DNA of 64,000 nucleotides from the human T2T-CHM13v2.0 reference genome, Homo sapiens: assembly GCF_009914755.1 (NCBI RefSeq), contig NC_060930.1; one strand, 5' to 3'. Position 1 is the first letter of the stretch. The number at the start of each line of letters is the position of its first letter. The notes below the pieces were generated by a model, which was not told where the DNA came from, did no database searches, and worked only from the letters and a program-made list of their open reading frames with translations. Shown here piece after piece: positions 50,420 to 64,000 of this stretch. Made by a program: the position numbers and the translations under genes.

Positions 50420-50710
50420 GCATAGGCTTCAGTGTCAAAGCTGCAAAACCCTGAGTTTGAATCCCACCTGAATGGTCTTCAGAAAAGCCTCCTTCCATTC
50501 CTTATCCTCTTGTGCTCCTGTTCTTTCTCTTCCTCAGCTTCCTCCTCCATCACATGTATTAAGCCTCTAAAAATAATGTTTTTTCCTATAAAATGAGAAT
50601 CACAACATGTATCTCATAAGGTTGTCACAAGGATAAGAAACAATAAAAATATGTAAAGTGCCTGGCACAGTGTGGCACATGCACAAATGCAAAAAGTAAC
50701 ATAATTATCA
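50420..50710 (+). mobile_element. MIR SINE with an internal pyrimidine-rich insert
   Basis: cctgagtttgaatccca...ctataaaatgagaatcacaac...ctcataaggttgtcacaaggat...atgtaaagtgcctggcacagt. Confidence 0.75.
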
Positions 50711-51574
50711 TCCACCCTGCATTGTCTGAAGTGCTAAAGATAGGGTGGCCAATATATTAAGGTATGCTGATTTTGTTCTGTTGGATGAATGTGGACTGGA
50801 ATATTATTCTAACAGAAATCAGTGAGTTGGAATTGACGGAAAAAAATAATAATAATAAACGATTCATAATACACCAAGCAGGCTGCAGGGCATTGTCTTG
50901 AAACTTCACATATCCGTAAGAAAAGACCAGGGAAACCCACTTGTACCCACAATTATAGTAAGAGAACATCCTTTTCTACCCTAGGTTAGTATCAAGAGTT
51001 TTCACTCATTGCAAGGGAATACTTTTTCCTCTTTAATGGATTTAAAAATTTATATCCTGCCTAGGCATGATAGAGACTTTGTGAAATAAGCAGCATGTGC
51101 AACAATGAGAGAAAAGCTGGAAGATAAGCAAGGAAGCACATCTTCTGATTTTCATTTTAACAGTTTAATTCCATAGTCCATTTTCTAACAGAACCAATAA
51201 CTCTTATCTACCTTCCCCCAACCTTTTCTCTATCTTTCTCCCATATTTATCTTTACCATGTTTGAGCTTGAAAAATTGAAGCAGTAACTATGAAAGTGAT
51301 CATAATTTTTTGTACAGATCAGGTTACATTGGAAACCTATCATCTCAGAGTATACATAGAAGTCATTGGCCTCCTATGCTACTCCTGTCCTCCCTCCCTT
51401 CTCTCTGTGTGGTTGGTGATTTCCTCGTCTAGGTGCCACCCTCTGCCAGTCTTTTGGGTTCTATGCCCTGGCACCTCTTCAAGATTCTTTCACAATCCAA
51501 TTTCCCCCATCAATTACACACTTCTGTTGATGTAAAACATGATTTAATCACTCCCCTATTAAAATAACAGAAGG

Positions 51575-51660
51575 ACAGAGTGCCGTGGTGTGTGTCTGTA
51601 GTCCTAGGTACTCAGGAGGCTGAGATAGGAGGATCATTTGAGCCCAGGAGTGTGAGATTC
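51575..51660 (+). mobile_element. Truncated Alu monomer (FLAM/FAM-like, 7SL-derived)
   Basis: gtggtgtgtgtctgtagtcctaggtactcaggaggctgagataggaggatcatttgagcccaggagt. Confidence 0.8.
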
Positions 51661-51699
51661 ATTTGACTTATCACCTCCAACCTGTCCAGATTATGTCAT

Positions 51700-52225
51700 A
51701 GTTCCTCAGGCTTGAATCCTAGTCCTTCTTACTTCCTATTCTGAGCTCTCTCCTTAGGAGACCTCGTTCATGTACACAGCCTTAAGTTTAAACTACATGG
51801 TAATGAATACCAAGTCAAGCCTACATTTCTCTGATTCCTAGATGCACAAAAATGTGACTCCCTTCCTGCTTCATAGCTCCACTTAGAGATCTCTAAAGTA
51901 CTCACACTCAATTTTAAAGTACAAAGTTTATGTTCTCCTCCTGTCCACAGCATCTTCCATGGATTCTATCTCAGAGATGACATCACCAGGCACTGAAGAG
52001 TTGCCCTAAAGACCCTTTCACTCTTCCATACCAGGCCCTAAAAAGAGGGCATGCTAAATTGCTTTCCAACACATCCCCTTCTGGCCCTATGCTATCATCA
52101 CCGTAATCTAAACCATAATCATTTAATTTTGCTGTGCTACAGAAGAGTTTTAATTAGTCTCCCCTCTTGCTGTCTCTAGTCTGTTTTCCTTTTTTTCCCG
52201 CTAGAAAAACACCTTTCTCAAATAT
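51700..52225 (+). mobile_element. Degraded LINE-2 fragment
   Basis: ctccacttagagatctctaaagtactcacactcaat...atcatcaccgtaatctaaaccataatcat. Confidence 0.6.
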
Positions 52226-53089
52226 ATTTATAAATACTGTCTACGGGTTGGATCATCAGGCATCTTATTTCTTCCACCTCTGTCTGCCCTTTTCCTGGGT
52301 AGACCAAGCATCTCAAGAAGGCTGAAATTACCTGCACATAAATTCTAATTCATTGACTCCTTTGATAACAATACATCATTTTGTTTGTTTAAAATTGATT
52401 ATATAATTCATATGAGGTAAAAGATTTTTTGAGTAATTTATTACACATAGAAATTAGTAGATTTTTCTACAAATGGAAGCAGATATCAATGTTTATAAAA
52501 ATAATATACATTTTTGTTCTGTCCTAAGGATTACTTTTAGACTTTTCCAAGTATTATGCTAAATGAGTTGAAGCACTTCCATAGTTATTACTTTATCTTT
52601 AGTGCAAAATTTACTTTTTCCATTTTCATCAGAAAATACATGTTAAATGTTACATGTGAAATCTTTATTTTCTACACAAAGGGTCTAAAAAAACTGGTAG
52701 GTCAAACTTCCCCATAATCAATTTACCTGAAAATTAGCCTGAGTGAATGAAACAGGATTTGGATCATCAATTCACTTTTTCTCAATTGTGAGCTTACTGA
52801 GTCCCATAATAGTCTGGGAGAATTGTATGGGGATAGTGATGGGAGATAGAATGCTAGAAAATCAGACAAGAAAGGAATATGACATAGATACCCTACACGA
52901 TCTACTTGGAAGACAAAAACATACCATATAAAATATATTCATTTAATTATAGATAGACAGACAGACACTTGAAGGAAGGAACAGAGTTTAATGCCCAAGT
53001 GGATGATGTTAGATAAACACAGCTTTATATTTCAGTGGAGGAAGAAAACAGAGAGTCCAAGAAAGGTTTATTTAAGAGGTGGGATTTAA

Positions 53090-54045
53090 CTGGGCATTAA
53101 AAAGTTTAGAGAAGCAGTTGAATTTAGAGCTGACAGAATTTGCTAATGGATTAGAATATGAGGTATTACGGAAAGACAGCAGTTAAATTGGCTCCAAATT
53201 GTTTGGCTTAAACAACTGGAAAAAGAGAATTTCATTTACTGAGGAAAAAACTGGGAGAGAACTTGTTGGGAGTGAAGAGAAGAGCAGTAATTTATTCCAA
53301 ACTTATTACATTTCAGATACTTGTTAGGCAATGAGGAAGAGATGTCAAGGAGACAGTTACACTTATGAGACTGTGCTTCAGGAATGAGGTCTGGCTCAAG
53401 ACACACGTTTATGAGTCATTCACAAAAGGTAGTTTTGAAGCTGTGAGACTGGATGAAATCACCAACAGATGAGAACGGATAGAGGCAAGAAGAGGTTGGA
53501 AGACTCAACCAAATATAATTCAATATTTCAAAGGCGGGAAGATGAAGAGAAACCAAGAGGAGAAATTATGATCTATGAGGCTGGAGAGAAATTAGGAGAA
53601 TTAGGTGCCTCTGAAGCCTATTACAAAGAGTATTTTAGAGATGAGGGGATGATCATCTTTGATAATGGTTGTTGTTGGATCCAGTAAGACAAGCATTAAT
53701 AATTGGCCATTGGGGTTAGCTACACATAGGCCATTGGTGACCTTGATAAGATCAATGTCATTGGAGTGATGAGGGACAAAGTCTGGCTGGATGGGATGCA
53801 AGAGAGGAATCAGAGACAAAAAAACAAACACAAATCTTTGCAGATGTTTTGCTGTAAAGGGGAGAAGAGAAATGGGGTGGTGGTCAGGTGAAGAAATAAG
53901 ATCAGAAGAGTTATGTATTTGCTTTTTTTAAGAAAGGAAAACTCGCTGATGAGAATTATGAAGTAATGAAGAAAAAATCATGATGCAAAGAGAGAGAGAG
54001 AATGACTAGATTTACATCATTGCATAGGTACGAATAAGCTAGGTC
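53090..54045 (-). mobile_element. LINE-2 fragment
   Basis: gacagaatttgctaatggattag, gtgagactggatgaaatcacc, aattggccattggggttagc...ggccattggtgaccttgataaga, gttttgctgtaaaggggagaagagaaatggggtggt. Confidence 0.85.
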
Positions 54046-54384
54046 CAGCCATACTTCTACACATTTTGGAACAAGTCCAAAGCAACCATATTCGTTTGGT
54101 ATCTTGAACAAATATTTAAGATAGCATGGGAACCCAGATCTCTCCTCTCTCCATTGGTAGAATATTAAATAACCCCTACTCACCCTGTACCTTAGAAAGG
54201 AGTAGATAAAGACCGTTGAGAGTTAAGAGAGGAGTCCTGAATTGAAATACTTACCCAAGTGGTGCTGAGCTAAATTATGTTTTAAGTTTACATGATGATT
54301 AAGTTAAAAATCTTTCATTGTTTCCTTGCTTCCTCCCAAGTCCACATCACTTCTGTTAGAATAATAAGAATCCAGTATGTGACT

Positions 54385-54720
<336 letters not shown>

Positions 54721-55334
54721 TCAAGAGGTTTGCTCTTCAGAGTGGTGATATGTAATATCTGGCCTCTACTATCTCACTTAAACTTCCCAGCACCCTTTAG
54801 AGCAGCTATATATTGAACCTTTTTAAGACACATTACAGCTATATAGCCTCTCCAAATATATAAGGCTAGTAATAGGCATTAAAATCCTGTCTAAGTCCAT
54901 ATTCTGTGATTCAACTACATGTCATACCAGGAGCCCTAAGATGAAGATAGTATAATGTGAACCTCTTCTAAAGAAAAACAGAACAAAACAAAAATCCCTG
55001 TTGATATACCAAGATTTTAGAAATTGATGTAACACAAGAGTGCTGCTATTTAGACCATCTAAAAGCTGTCATTTTAGAAGTAGTGATTGCTTGCAAGGGA
55101 ATTTACCTTAATTCACCTTTCTGGACACAATTCTGGCCATGTTCCTGATTATGTCCTACTTTCAGGCTTCCATTTCTCCACTGATCTTTTCAATATGGAT
55201 TGCATCTTCCCAATCCAGGCTATAGAGGCCTGGTCCCTGATCACTAAACTGCTACCCTCTTGTCTCCTTTGCTAAGTGTTCTTCTGCTGAGGTCTGGCTC
55301 CCTGTGCCTGGATAGGTTTATTATTACTCCCTTG

Positions 55335-55560
55335 TAATAATAACAGATTCCATTTCTATGACACTCACTATGTGTTAGGCAAAGAGCTATTTTAATAAAT
55401 ATTAATTGAAACTTTTACAAACACTTGGCCAGGTAAATATCACCATCCTCAAATTAGAGATGAGAAAACTTAAGCCATGAGAAGTTGAGTAACTTTCTGA
55501 GCATATGGAAAGGTCAATATTCAAAATCATTTCAAACACCTACATTTTAGCCACACTAAC
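55335..55560 (-). mobile_element. MIR SINE
   Basis: cactcactatgtgttaggc...agagatgagaaaacttaagccatgagaagttgagtaactt. Confidence 0.75.
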
Positions 55561-55869
55561 CTGAATTGCTGCAGATTTCTTTAGTTTATATATGACCAAC
55601 CCCACTAAGGTTTGCTCTTAATTATTCAAAACCAGATCATGTTTACGAGTTAGACTTGTTGCAGCCTCACAAGGGAGACTTCCTATGAATCTGAGCCTTG
55701 TCCTGCTGTTGCACCTGCCAGTTCTGTCTTATGTGGGCATAACACTAAGGAAAGGGAATGTAGAGGCCCTCCACAAATTTCAGGGTAACGGTACAACTGT
55801 TTGTGTGGAGTAGGAGAAGAAGGAATAAAGTATTTTGAATGAGAAGAATGTGAGTTCATGGAGCAACAG

Positions 55870-56085
55870 CTTGGCTTAGAGGTGAAGGCTGTAGAAGCAG
55901 CACTTGACCTGAACCTCAGCTCTAAAACCTACTAGCTCACTGTGCTTCATTGCTCATCTGAAAAATGCAGATAACATTGAAGAGTAGCACATACAAGTGT
56001 GACAAGGAAGAAATAAGTTAATACAAGTAAAGTATTCAAAACAGCACCTGACACATACATAGGGATTTATTTTTATTATTATTTA
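55870..56085 (+). mobile_element. MIR SINE
   Basis: ctgtgcttcattgctcatctgaaaaatgcagataaca...gtaaagtattcaaaacagcacctgacacatac. Confidence 0.75.
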
Positions 56086-58244
56086 TTTCACTATCTTGGT
56101 TGCGACATTATTCTGGGCACTATCATCTAACTCCCAAGAACTGTGCAGATCTCAGGACTGTGAATGGCCTTCTTCTTCACTACTGTTGGAACCAGAGTGT
56201 GTTTCCTGGTCAGGAAAAGTTTTAATTGAATCAAACTCTACATGATGTGTTATGTCTCTGCCAAGACAATTTCATAACAGTGATATCATTTAGAAGACAA
56301 AGAAACAGATTTTCAAATACGGTCCCACTTGCCCTAATTTCAATACAATCTTTCATCAGCTTTTATTCTTTTATAGCAGTTACATTCATCCTGTGCTGTT
56401 GCTTAGCCAGATTTTTACATTTAGGCTTAATTTCTTGACTATTTGAAGGTCCCTGCTCATCAGCCGCTTAATCACAGCATTGCATTTCTTCTGACTGCTT
56501 CCCAATTTGTCTACATTGTTTTTCAAATGAGAAGTCTATAAATAAATGGGATTCTGGAAGTAGAATTTGTTTATCATTAGAGAGGAAAATACCATCCTCC
56601 TGATCCACAGCCTGATAACTTTATATCTGCACCTCCAAATAATTTTGGCATTGTCACACTCAATATTATGTGTCTAAATGATTGCAGTATCATCATATAA
56701 ACTGTGCACCTTCCTGCTGCAGTTTCTTTGACAATATAGCTTTCTGCATTTTGTTCTTCTTCTTAACTATCTACTTGCCAAATTTGCAAGCTTGCTTTTT
56801 CTCCAAATGGAAGCTCATTTTGTCATTTTCAGCTCCTACTTAAAGTGGCATCTGATGGAGAAAGTAATAAGTTGCTCTTAATACTTTAGTAGGTTACCTC
56901 CTTGCATCAGGATAAGCTATCTAGAGCTTAGAAGAAACAGATTTTGCACATATTTCTTTTTTCTTTTTTTTCCTAAAACAAACTGGTGCCACGTTTTAGA
57001 AAATGACCTGACTTTTAAAAATGCATGTTGCAAATCTGGTCCAATTATGGAAGTAGGTGGCTCATACCATTCACTCACTAGTTTGTTTTACCAGGTACAT
57101 AGTTTGATAAGCATCCACAGGATGACTGATTTATATTTTGTACTAGACGAATCACTTGCCTTAGATAACTATGGACATCTTGTTATATGCCATTCCCAAA
57201 TCTGTCAACCATCTAATGACAGCCATAGCACAAGATGATATTTTTCTTGTTCATAAGTAACAAGGCCCATGAGTAGTGATAGCTATTTTTTTTCTAAGTG
57301 TTTATATGGTAAGGGGGCAAGCTATAGCATATATCCATCTTCTTGGGAAATCATAAAATGTTACACCATGTTCATTTTCCATATTTCTAATCAGTAAGAT
57401 TGTATATACATGGTCGCTATACTGACGATATACTTCTGAGAAAAAACACTTAGGGAAAGTCAAACCCTGATGGATTTGTGTCTCATAATACAATCCAAAT
57501 GCTCCAGGAAACACTTTCATTATGCATCAAGGTTAATTCCCATTATCTGAAAACCAATATCTTGTCAATTCGAGTTTTTCAGCATTTTTTTAAGAACAAG
57601 AAAAAAGATTTAGAATGGACCAACAACTGCAACCCATTTCTCAATCCCACCACTATGAGCACATTGAGTCACTAATGTGGGCTTTGCATCCTTTTGACAG
57701 TGATGCAATAATAGAGCTAGGGGCATGGAGGCATCATAAGGGACTGAGAACTCACTTCAAAATGATCTTCATCATTTATTTCAATCAGAAAAAATGTTTT
57801 CATGAAGGCCGAGATGAGACTGCTACTTATGGTCCAGTGTTTCTGTGCAGAAACTGATTATAAAACCCATTGAATGGGATGATAATTTGCCCTATGTACA
57901 ACCAGAAGAGTCCCTTTCCTCCACATTGCCACACAAAGACCATTATTCTATTCAGTCTAAGTAAGAAGAAGAAATCAGGATGACCCAAATATAGAAACAT
58001 TTAAGTTCATGGAGATTTCTTGTATATTTAAGTTACTTTTAAAGAAAACAAGCAGTTTCATAACTTCTAGAGTTAACTGTAGGATCACTTGCTTCCTCAT
58101 CTTTTTGTCTTCCTGGATCTCTGAAATCTAAATTTCCCTTCTCCTAAATCCTTCCTTCTCTCTTTTGGAATAATGTTTATGTTTTATGTGCCTGGTCTGC
58201 TACTGTCCCCTTAGTCTGCCTGGGGAGAAAACTATGCCTATCTT

Positions 58245-58275
<31 letters not shown>

Positions 58276-58286
58276 GCACACACACG
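58245..58286. repeat. (CA)13 followed by CG-interrupted CA repeat
   Basis: Read directly. Confidence 0.95.
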
Positions 58287-58894
58287 AACACCTATTTAGG
58301 ATGCAGGAAATATGGAATAAGAAACTTTTAAAGCAAGCACAGAAGAAAATATAATTTCAAATAAGGGTCAGTTTAAGATTGAATTTTGAGAGGATGTTGA
58401 AATACACATGCAATGAAACTGGAAATAGTAAGTGAAAAGCCAGACACAAAGGATATTTGGGGGTTACATAAATGAAAATTATTACAATAAAAGTAAATAT
58501 GGATAAGAATTATAATTAATGGAACATCTATGCCCATGAAAAAAGATAAAGAAAGATGGTCTTTTTTTACTCATTCCTGGAGAAAAAGACTTAACTAAAG
58601 CTATTAACTCCCAAATGCAGGTAACATTTCTCTATGCCTTCTTCCAACAATTAGAAGAACTTCCTCAGCTAATGCTGTGTAGTAAATTTCTCATTATGCC
58701 TTGCATTGAAACATTGTCAACACTAGTGTCTCTTACCTTCTATTTATAATCCAGTAGTTTCTAGGTAAGTTTGTGATCAGATGCATGAGGAGTAAGAGTG
58801 AGGAATAACGTTAAGTTCCCAGTATTGCTATAGCCCTTACAATTTCTGGCACAGAGCAAGCATGTTATACATATTTGTCGAAAAGATAAATAAA

Positions 58895-58898
<4 letters not shown>

Positions 58899-58946
<48 letters not shown>
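58899..58946. repeat. (TA)24 microsatellite
   Basis: Read directly; uninterrupted. Confidence 0.97.
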
Positions 58947-58951
<5 letters not shown>

Positions 58952-59909
58952 CTTAGCAACTCAGACAAAAATCTCCGAATGTCAAGAGTCCAGATGCTGT
59001 TGACTCTGAGCTGCATGTTCATCTTTTAAGTGAAGGACAAATAAAGCACTCACAGGTTTTAACAGAGACCATAGCATCAATTATCAGTCCATCACTTTCA
59101 GTACTTGATGCTCCTAGTTATCCATGTCCTAGTGACTGACATTTAGTCATAGACAGGTTTTTAAGTATAGGTTATGGACTCATGATTTTATATGTACTTT
59201 CAAACTAGCATTCATTGTTATTTTCGGAAGTCTTTAGTCCTCAATAATTTATTGTGTTTTGCCCCATGGGTTTAGATTATCTTTGCTCAATTTACCAATG
59301 TCATCTTTTTAAACTACTCTTTCATTCTCTTTTGACTGATCATCACATTCCCAGACAAAAGAATTCAAATCACCTTTCTTGATAACCAAGTGAACATAAG
59401 CCTAAGGAAAAGAGTCAGATGTTTTTATATAAGCCTAGTTCCCTACTGACCACTTCGCAGGCAGTACAAACACACACATCCATCTCCAGACTTTTTCCCT
59501 TACTTTTTCTCCACCTGGAGCGCCTTCACTCTTCTCTCTATCTAGTTTCTACACAGCCACCAATGTCCATATTTATAAGCACAACTTTAAGCTGTATTGC
59601 CTGTCTATCTATTTGACACATAGCGGATATATTGTTATGTCAGCCATTTATTTTTTCATATAATTGTGAGTGCAGTTTGTTCAAATGCCATGTTTTATAT
59701 AAATTGTAGCTTACAATATTGATCATGGTTCACTATGAAATTGTCACTCAAATGTTTTTGATCAACTGATGAATTCCTGATAATGTTATATCTTCCATGA
59801 TGCCAGTTCTTTATAAAATATAACAATCAATTATTTCATTGCTGAAACTTATTCAGGTTAATGTGCCTAGAGGTTTAATTACTATAATCTGAACCTCTAC
59901 TTCTAGACA

Positions 59910-60305
59910 ACTCAGGATGATTTTCAGCTGCAAGTATTACAAAACCCAGTGACTAATGACTTAAATTTTTGTTTCTTCTTTCACATAACAGGAAATCTGG
60001 AATAAGTGTCTGCTGGATTTAATTCAGTAGTTAATTGTATCAGGACTGGAATTTTCTAAAATTATCTTGGTCATTCTGTAACAGATTTGAGACAGCTGCT
60101 AAAGCTATGGGCATCAAGTTCATGTTCAAGGGAAGAAGAAGAGAGGAAAGGAAAGATAGAGCCAGTAATTCATTCAGTCCTTTATAGAATAACCCAATGC
60201 TTTCCAAGAAGCACTTGGGGTTCCTGGCATGCTTCTGTAAGAAAGGTGAGCAAATGAGAATGAGGCCGGTAATATATTGGGTTAACTAACAGCATTTGCC
60301 ACAAA
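59910..60305 (-). mobile_element. Old MLT1-like LTR fragment
   Basis: ttttcagctgcaagtattacaaaacccagtgactaatgacttaaa...tcacataacaggaaatctgg...agcatttgccaca. Confidence 0.5.
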
Positions 60306-61556
60306 CTCTCTTATGAATATGCTGTGTATCTCACCTTCCTGGATCATAAATTAGGCATAAGACTAACAACAAATTATGCAAGAGGAGGCTGAGGTTGTGT
60401 TTAGCATAAAAATAAAAGAGAATCCCATTTATTATCTACAAAACTTGAGGAAGTAAATATTAGATAAATGAAATATAACGTAATACTCAGTTAAACAGGG
60501 AATGGGAGTACAAGTAAACATTTGTTGAGCATATATTATGTGCAAAGAAAAGAAAAGGAAGTCTAGTGTTTATTATTAGCCTCTTTTATTTTGGTCTTAA
60601 TGCAATTCATGCCCCATGAAGCAGTGAAATATCACAGAAGAGCAGTCAAATAATTTTCTGCTCATGCTCATGGAAAGTATTGAGCTGTTTCTATGCATAA
60701 TGGGAAAAGGAGAGTTATTTTAGAGAACAGTTTGAAGTGTTCAGGAAACAAAATCCTAAGTCATTTAAATTTGAGCTTTAGATGCCTTTCATAGAGAAGT
60801 AGTTACCCTTTGAACAAATATTAATTGCATTAACAAACTTTGAATGCTTACATTGTAAGTATATATTTGTAACTAGTTAAATAAGTTTTGTAAAATATTT
60901 CCTTTTAAAGTTATTTTAGAAATACCAAGACTGTAGAATGAATTTGTGACAATTTTGACAAAGGCTACGCTGAAGTTTATATTTGTATTACTTTGCCATA
61001 TTATTAAAAATAAGTGCTTGTATAAGTTTAAACCTCATGAAGAAACTAATAATTCTTAGTCACCTTAATTGCCTAGATCAGCATATAGAAGAGTGACTGT
61101 AAATAATTACAGAATTTCCAGACATTTATTATACTTTCTTCTATGTTAGTGCATCTTGATAACTATATAGAAGAATCTATTATTTAAAAATAAAATTAAA
61201 AATTAAATTCAAATATTTTATTAATTCACAGATATCATTTCCTTAAATTCTAATTAAATAAGACAAAATTTCACTATAGTAGATTAATTTGACAAGTTTC
61301 TTATTTTAGATAAATAATTATGATAAAGATGCAATTTTGTGCCTCTAGAGTGAATAGTCCTATTCTTCATTAAAGGAGAAATTAACCTTTTTCTACACTA
61401 AAAGGGCTATAAGAATTTTAATAACTTACTTTTGATGTTTTAAAAAGTAATATTTTCTCTTTTGCTCGCATTTAAAATGTCTGATATTAGCCTATGTATA
61501 AATAGAGGCTTATTATTTGCAGCCAAAATTTAAATTTTTATTTTATAGTTTTAGAT

Positions 61557-61575
61557 AAAACACTAGGTGGCACTG
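61557..61575 (+). promoter_or_regulatory. Candidate CTCF motif
   Basis: aaaACACTAGGTGGCACTG versus core CCASYAGRKGGCRS: one mismatch (first C). Confidence 0.45.
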
Positions 61576-62754
61576 TTGTCACAATGAAAAACTGCATTCA
61601 TCTACTTCATACTCGAAATAACCTTCTTTTAAAGCTCTTAAGACTTCACAATTGCTTTCACTTTTCCAGTTTGATTAAAATATATATGTAATAAACATAA
61701 AATAGAGAAATTAAAATTCATTGTCAACATCTGCTATTCATTAAGAGGTGTGAAACATGATAACTTTTTCAGAAAGTGTTCTCTAAATTCTACAGTTTAA
61801 AAAATTTTTTGCATAAAGAGGTAGCTATTATAAACAAATATTCTATTTTCTTTGTTCAAAATCTTTTTCTTTATTTAATGTAGCAATATTATATTAAAAT
61901 AGTTTTAAAAATTCTTTCTGAAAAAGACTTCCTGAAGTTTAATGGGATGCTTAACAATCAAAGATAAAATATTTTTTAATAATTAAATGAATAATTCTAG
62001 AAAATATTCTTATTCTTCAGTCAAAGTAAAGAGATAAAATGAGTAGATCTCAAAAATATCAGTTCATATGTTTGTGTGTTTGTGTGGAAGCAGGAAAATA
62101 CTGATACAAGAAAAAGGAGAAAAAGTATCAGTGAAAGGAAAAGTAGTTAATCTTAAAAAGAGTTTGGAAAGTGTCAGGTAAAAGTTTGAGAAAGAGAAGT
62201 GGAGATAGAATGCGATTCTTACAGAACCAATAGGCTACTTTCCATGAGGTCTACCAAATATCAAAGTGGAGATATGCTTCTCTCTGCTTAATCTGAGTTT
62301 AGGTTATGTATGCGGGGAGGTGAAGAGGAAGGTTTGCTAAATGCTCCCAACACTCATAACACCTGCTGATAGGAGTCAATATATTTCAGCCTTTTGCCCA
62401 AAGCTGCAGTTTAGTTTGGTGGGAATCAATACAGATCCTGAGCTGATGTGCCTGTATTTGAATTCCAGCACACTGGGCAATTTATGAAATTTCTACATCT
62501 TGATTTTCTTATCTAGCAATTAGGGTAATGATATTCTTTTGAGTTGATTTGGGAACAATGTTAGAAAATTCATATAATGCACAAAGCCTGATACATTGAT
62601 AGGCTTTAATTGGAGTGGTGGTGGTGGTTGTACAGGTTGTGAGTATTAACACAGTTCTGGAAATGTAGAGGTGGTGACATTTCCCAGCTGACATGCTGCC
62701 TGCAGACATCAGCAGTTTGATCCAAAAGGCTGTATATTTTGTAGGGATTGGGCC

Positions 62755-63000
62755 TGGGGTTCAGGGGCATTAAGAACTTTGGTTCTCTTGTTCACCTTTG
62801 CTTCTATAGAGCATATCCACTAACTGTAGAACCTTCAGAAAATTACATAATCTCTTTGATTCTCAATGTTCTCACCTGTAAAATAGAAATTAAAATAGTG
62901 AACCTTCCATCAAAGAAGGTTTTATGAGAACAACTATATATACTTATTACTGTAATAAATGTGCAAGAAGAGCTGAATTTATATTAGTTATTGTGGTTAC
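62755..63000 (+). mobile_element. MIR SINE
   Basis: cactaactgtagaaccttcagaaaattacataatctctttgattctcaatgttctcacctgtaaaatagaaat. Confidence 0.8.
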
Positions 63001-64000
63001 TGCTACAACATCTACTACTACTGCCATAGATGATCCCCTTGTGACTGCTCAGTCTGTGAGAGTTTTTCTACCTTTTAATTCTTTTTAACTTGGAAAAGCA
63101 TTTAAAGACTTCAATAATATGCTTCTATGCTGACCTCTCCACTAATTCTGAAAGAAAAAGAATTACCAATAGCAAATGCATTTAGAAAAATTAACAAAAA
63201 TCCCAGACAAAAGAATCATAAGAGAGCACAGATTTAAAATGTAGGAATATTGTGATTTGCAAATCAGAATATAACACTAATTTGCTGACCCCACTATGCG
63301 AACAGCAAATGCTATATTTTGACCAAGTTAAAAAACTCTTTCTTTCTAAATCACTTGTTTTGAAAATAATTGAAAAATAATCTAAATTGTATTTTATAAC
63401 TTATAGGCCTATGTTATTTTATTAAATATGCCTAACTCTAAATCCTTTTCTTCATTATATTAAAAATTGCATGATGATAAAGACTGGTTTCACAATCTCA
63501 GCATTGATCTCAACACCTGAACATAGTAGGCACTGAATAGCCTTTCTTAAGAAAGAACAAATGAATGAATAAAAAAGAATATATTAGAATATTCTGTCAA
63601 TTAAATCATAATGTAACAGCTTTTTAAAAGCTCTTTCTGGCATTTGAGATCAAAATTACTCCTTACATCTTATCTGGCAGCACTATAACCTGTGGACCTT
63701 CAAATGTTGACATTCTGAGAGTGTGTAAAATGGATTACGGAAAAGCCAGCCAGATTCATACTTATTTGTGCTACTCCACCATTCCCCAATAGACCCCAGA
63801 TGGTCTTACTCTTTCGACCTTCAGGACTAGCTAAATAATACCAAATAGTCCCAAATGAATTAGAAGCATCGGGGCAATTTAATACATGAGGTCATGTATT
63901 TTATCACTTACTATTAACATCTGCTGTTCTAATTTGCATATTTAAATTAAATGTTTCATCCTATTCTAGCCGGGATTTATTTTCATACATTTTGAATTTA

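Noticed and set aside
51575-51660. 7SL RNA gene
   Set aside because: Only a diverged Alu-domain fragment; no S domain.

Overview
This is AT-rich, CpG-depleted primate (human-like) non-coding DNA, either intronic or intergenic; the host locus cannot be named from sequence alone. I find no credible protein-coding gene, RNA gene, CpG island or prokaryotic-type system. The ORFs that resemble real proteins are broken relics of L1 ORF2 and Tigger1 transposase. Much of the window is interspersed repeat: AluY/AluS/AluJ, a 5'-inverted L1PA, a THE1 solo LTR, MLT1/MLT2 LTRs, a full-length Tigger1 nested in MER58A nested in a MIR, an ORF1-only HAL1/L1M-like element, many MIR/L2 relics and microsatellites. 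The most notable non-repeat signals are: a dense cluster of 14 TGACA/TGTCA (TALE homeodomain MEIS/TGIF/PKNOX-type) motifs at 26.1-26.7 kb; a perfect 13-bp estrogen-response element with forkhead/GATA neighbours at 10.2 kb; a near-consensus CTCF motif at 61.56 kb; a perfect spacer-less 34-bp palindrome at 1952-1985; and a few candidate + strand non-coding exons. Repeat family names come from remembered consensus sequences, and boundaries of old repeats are approximate.
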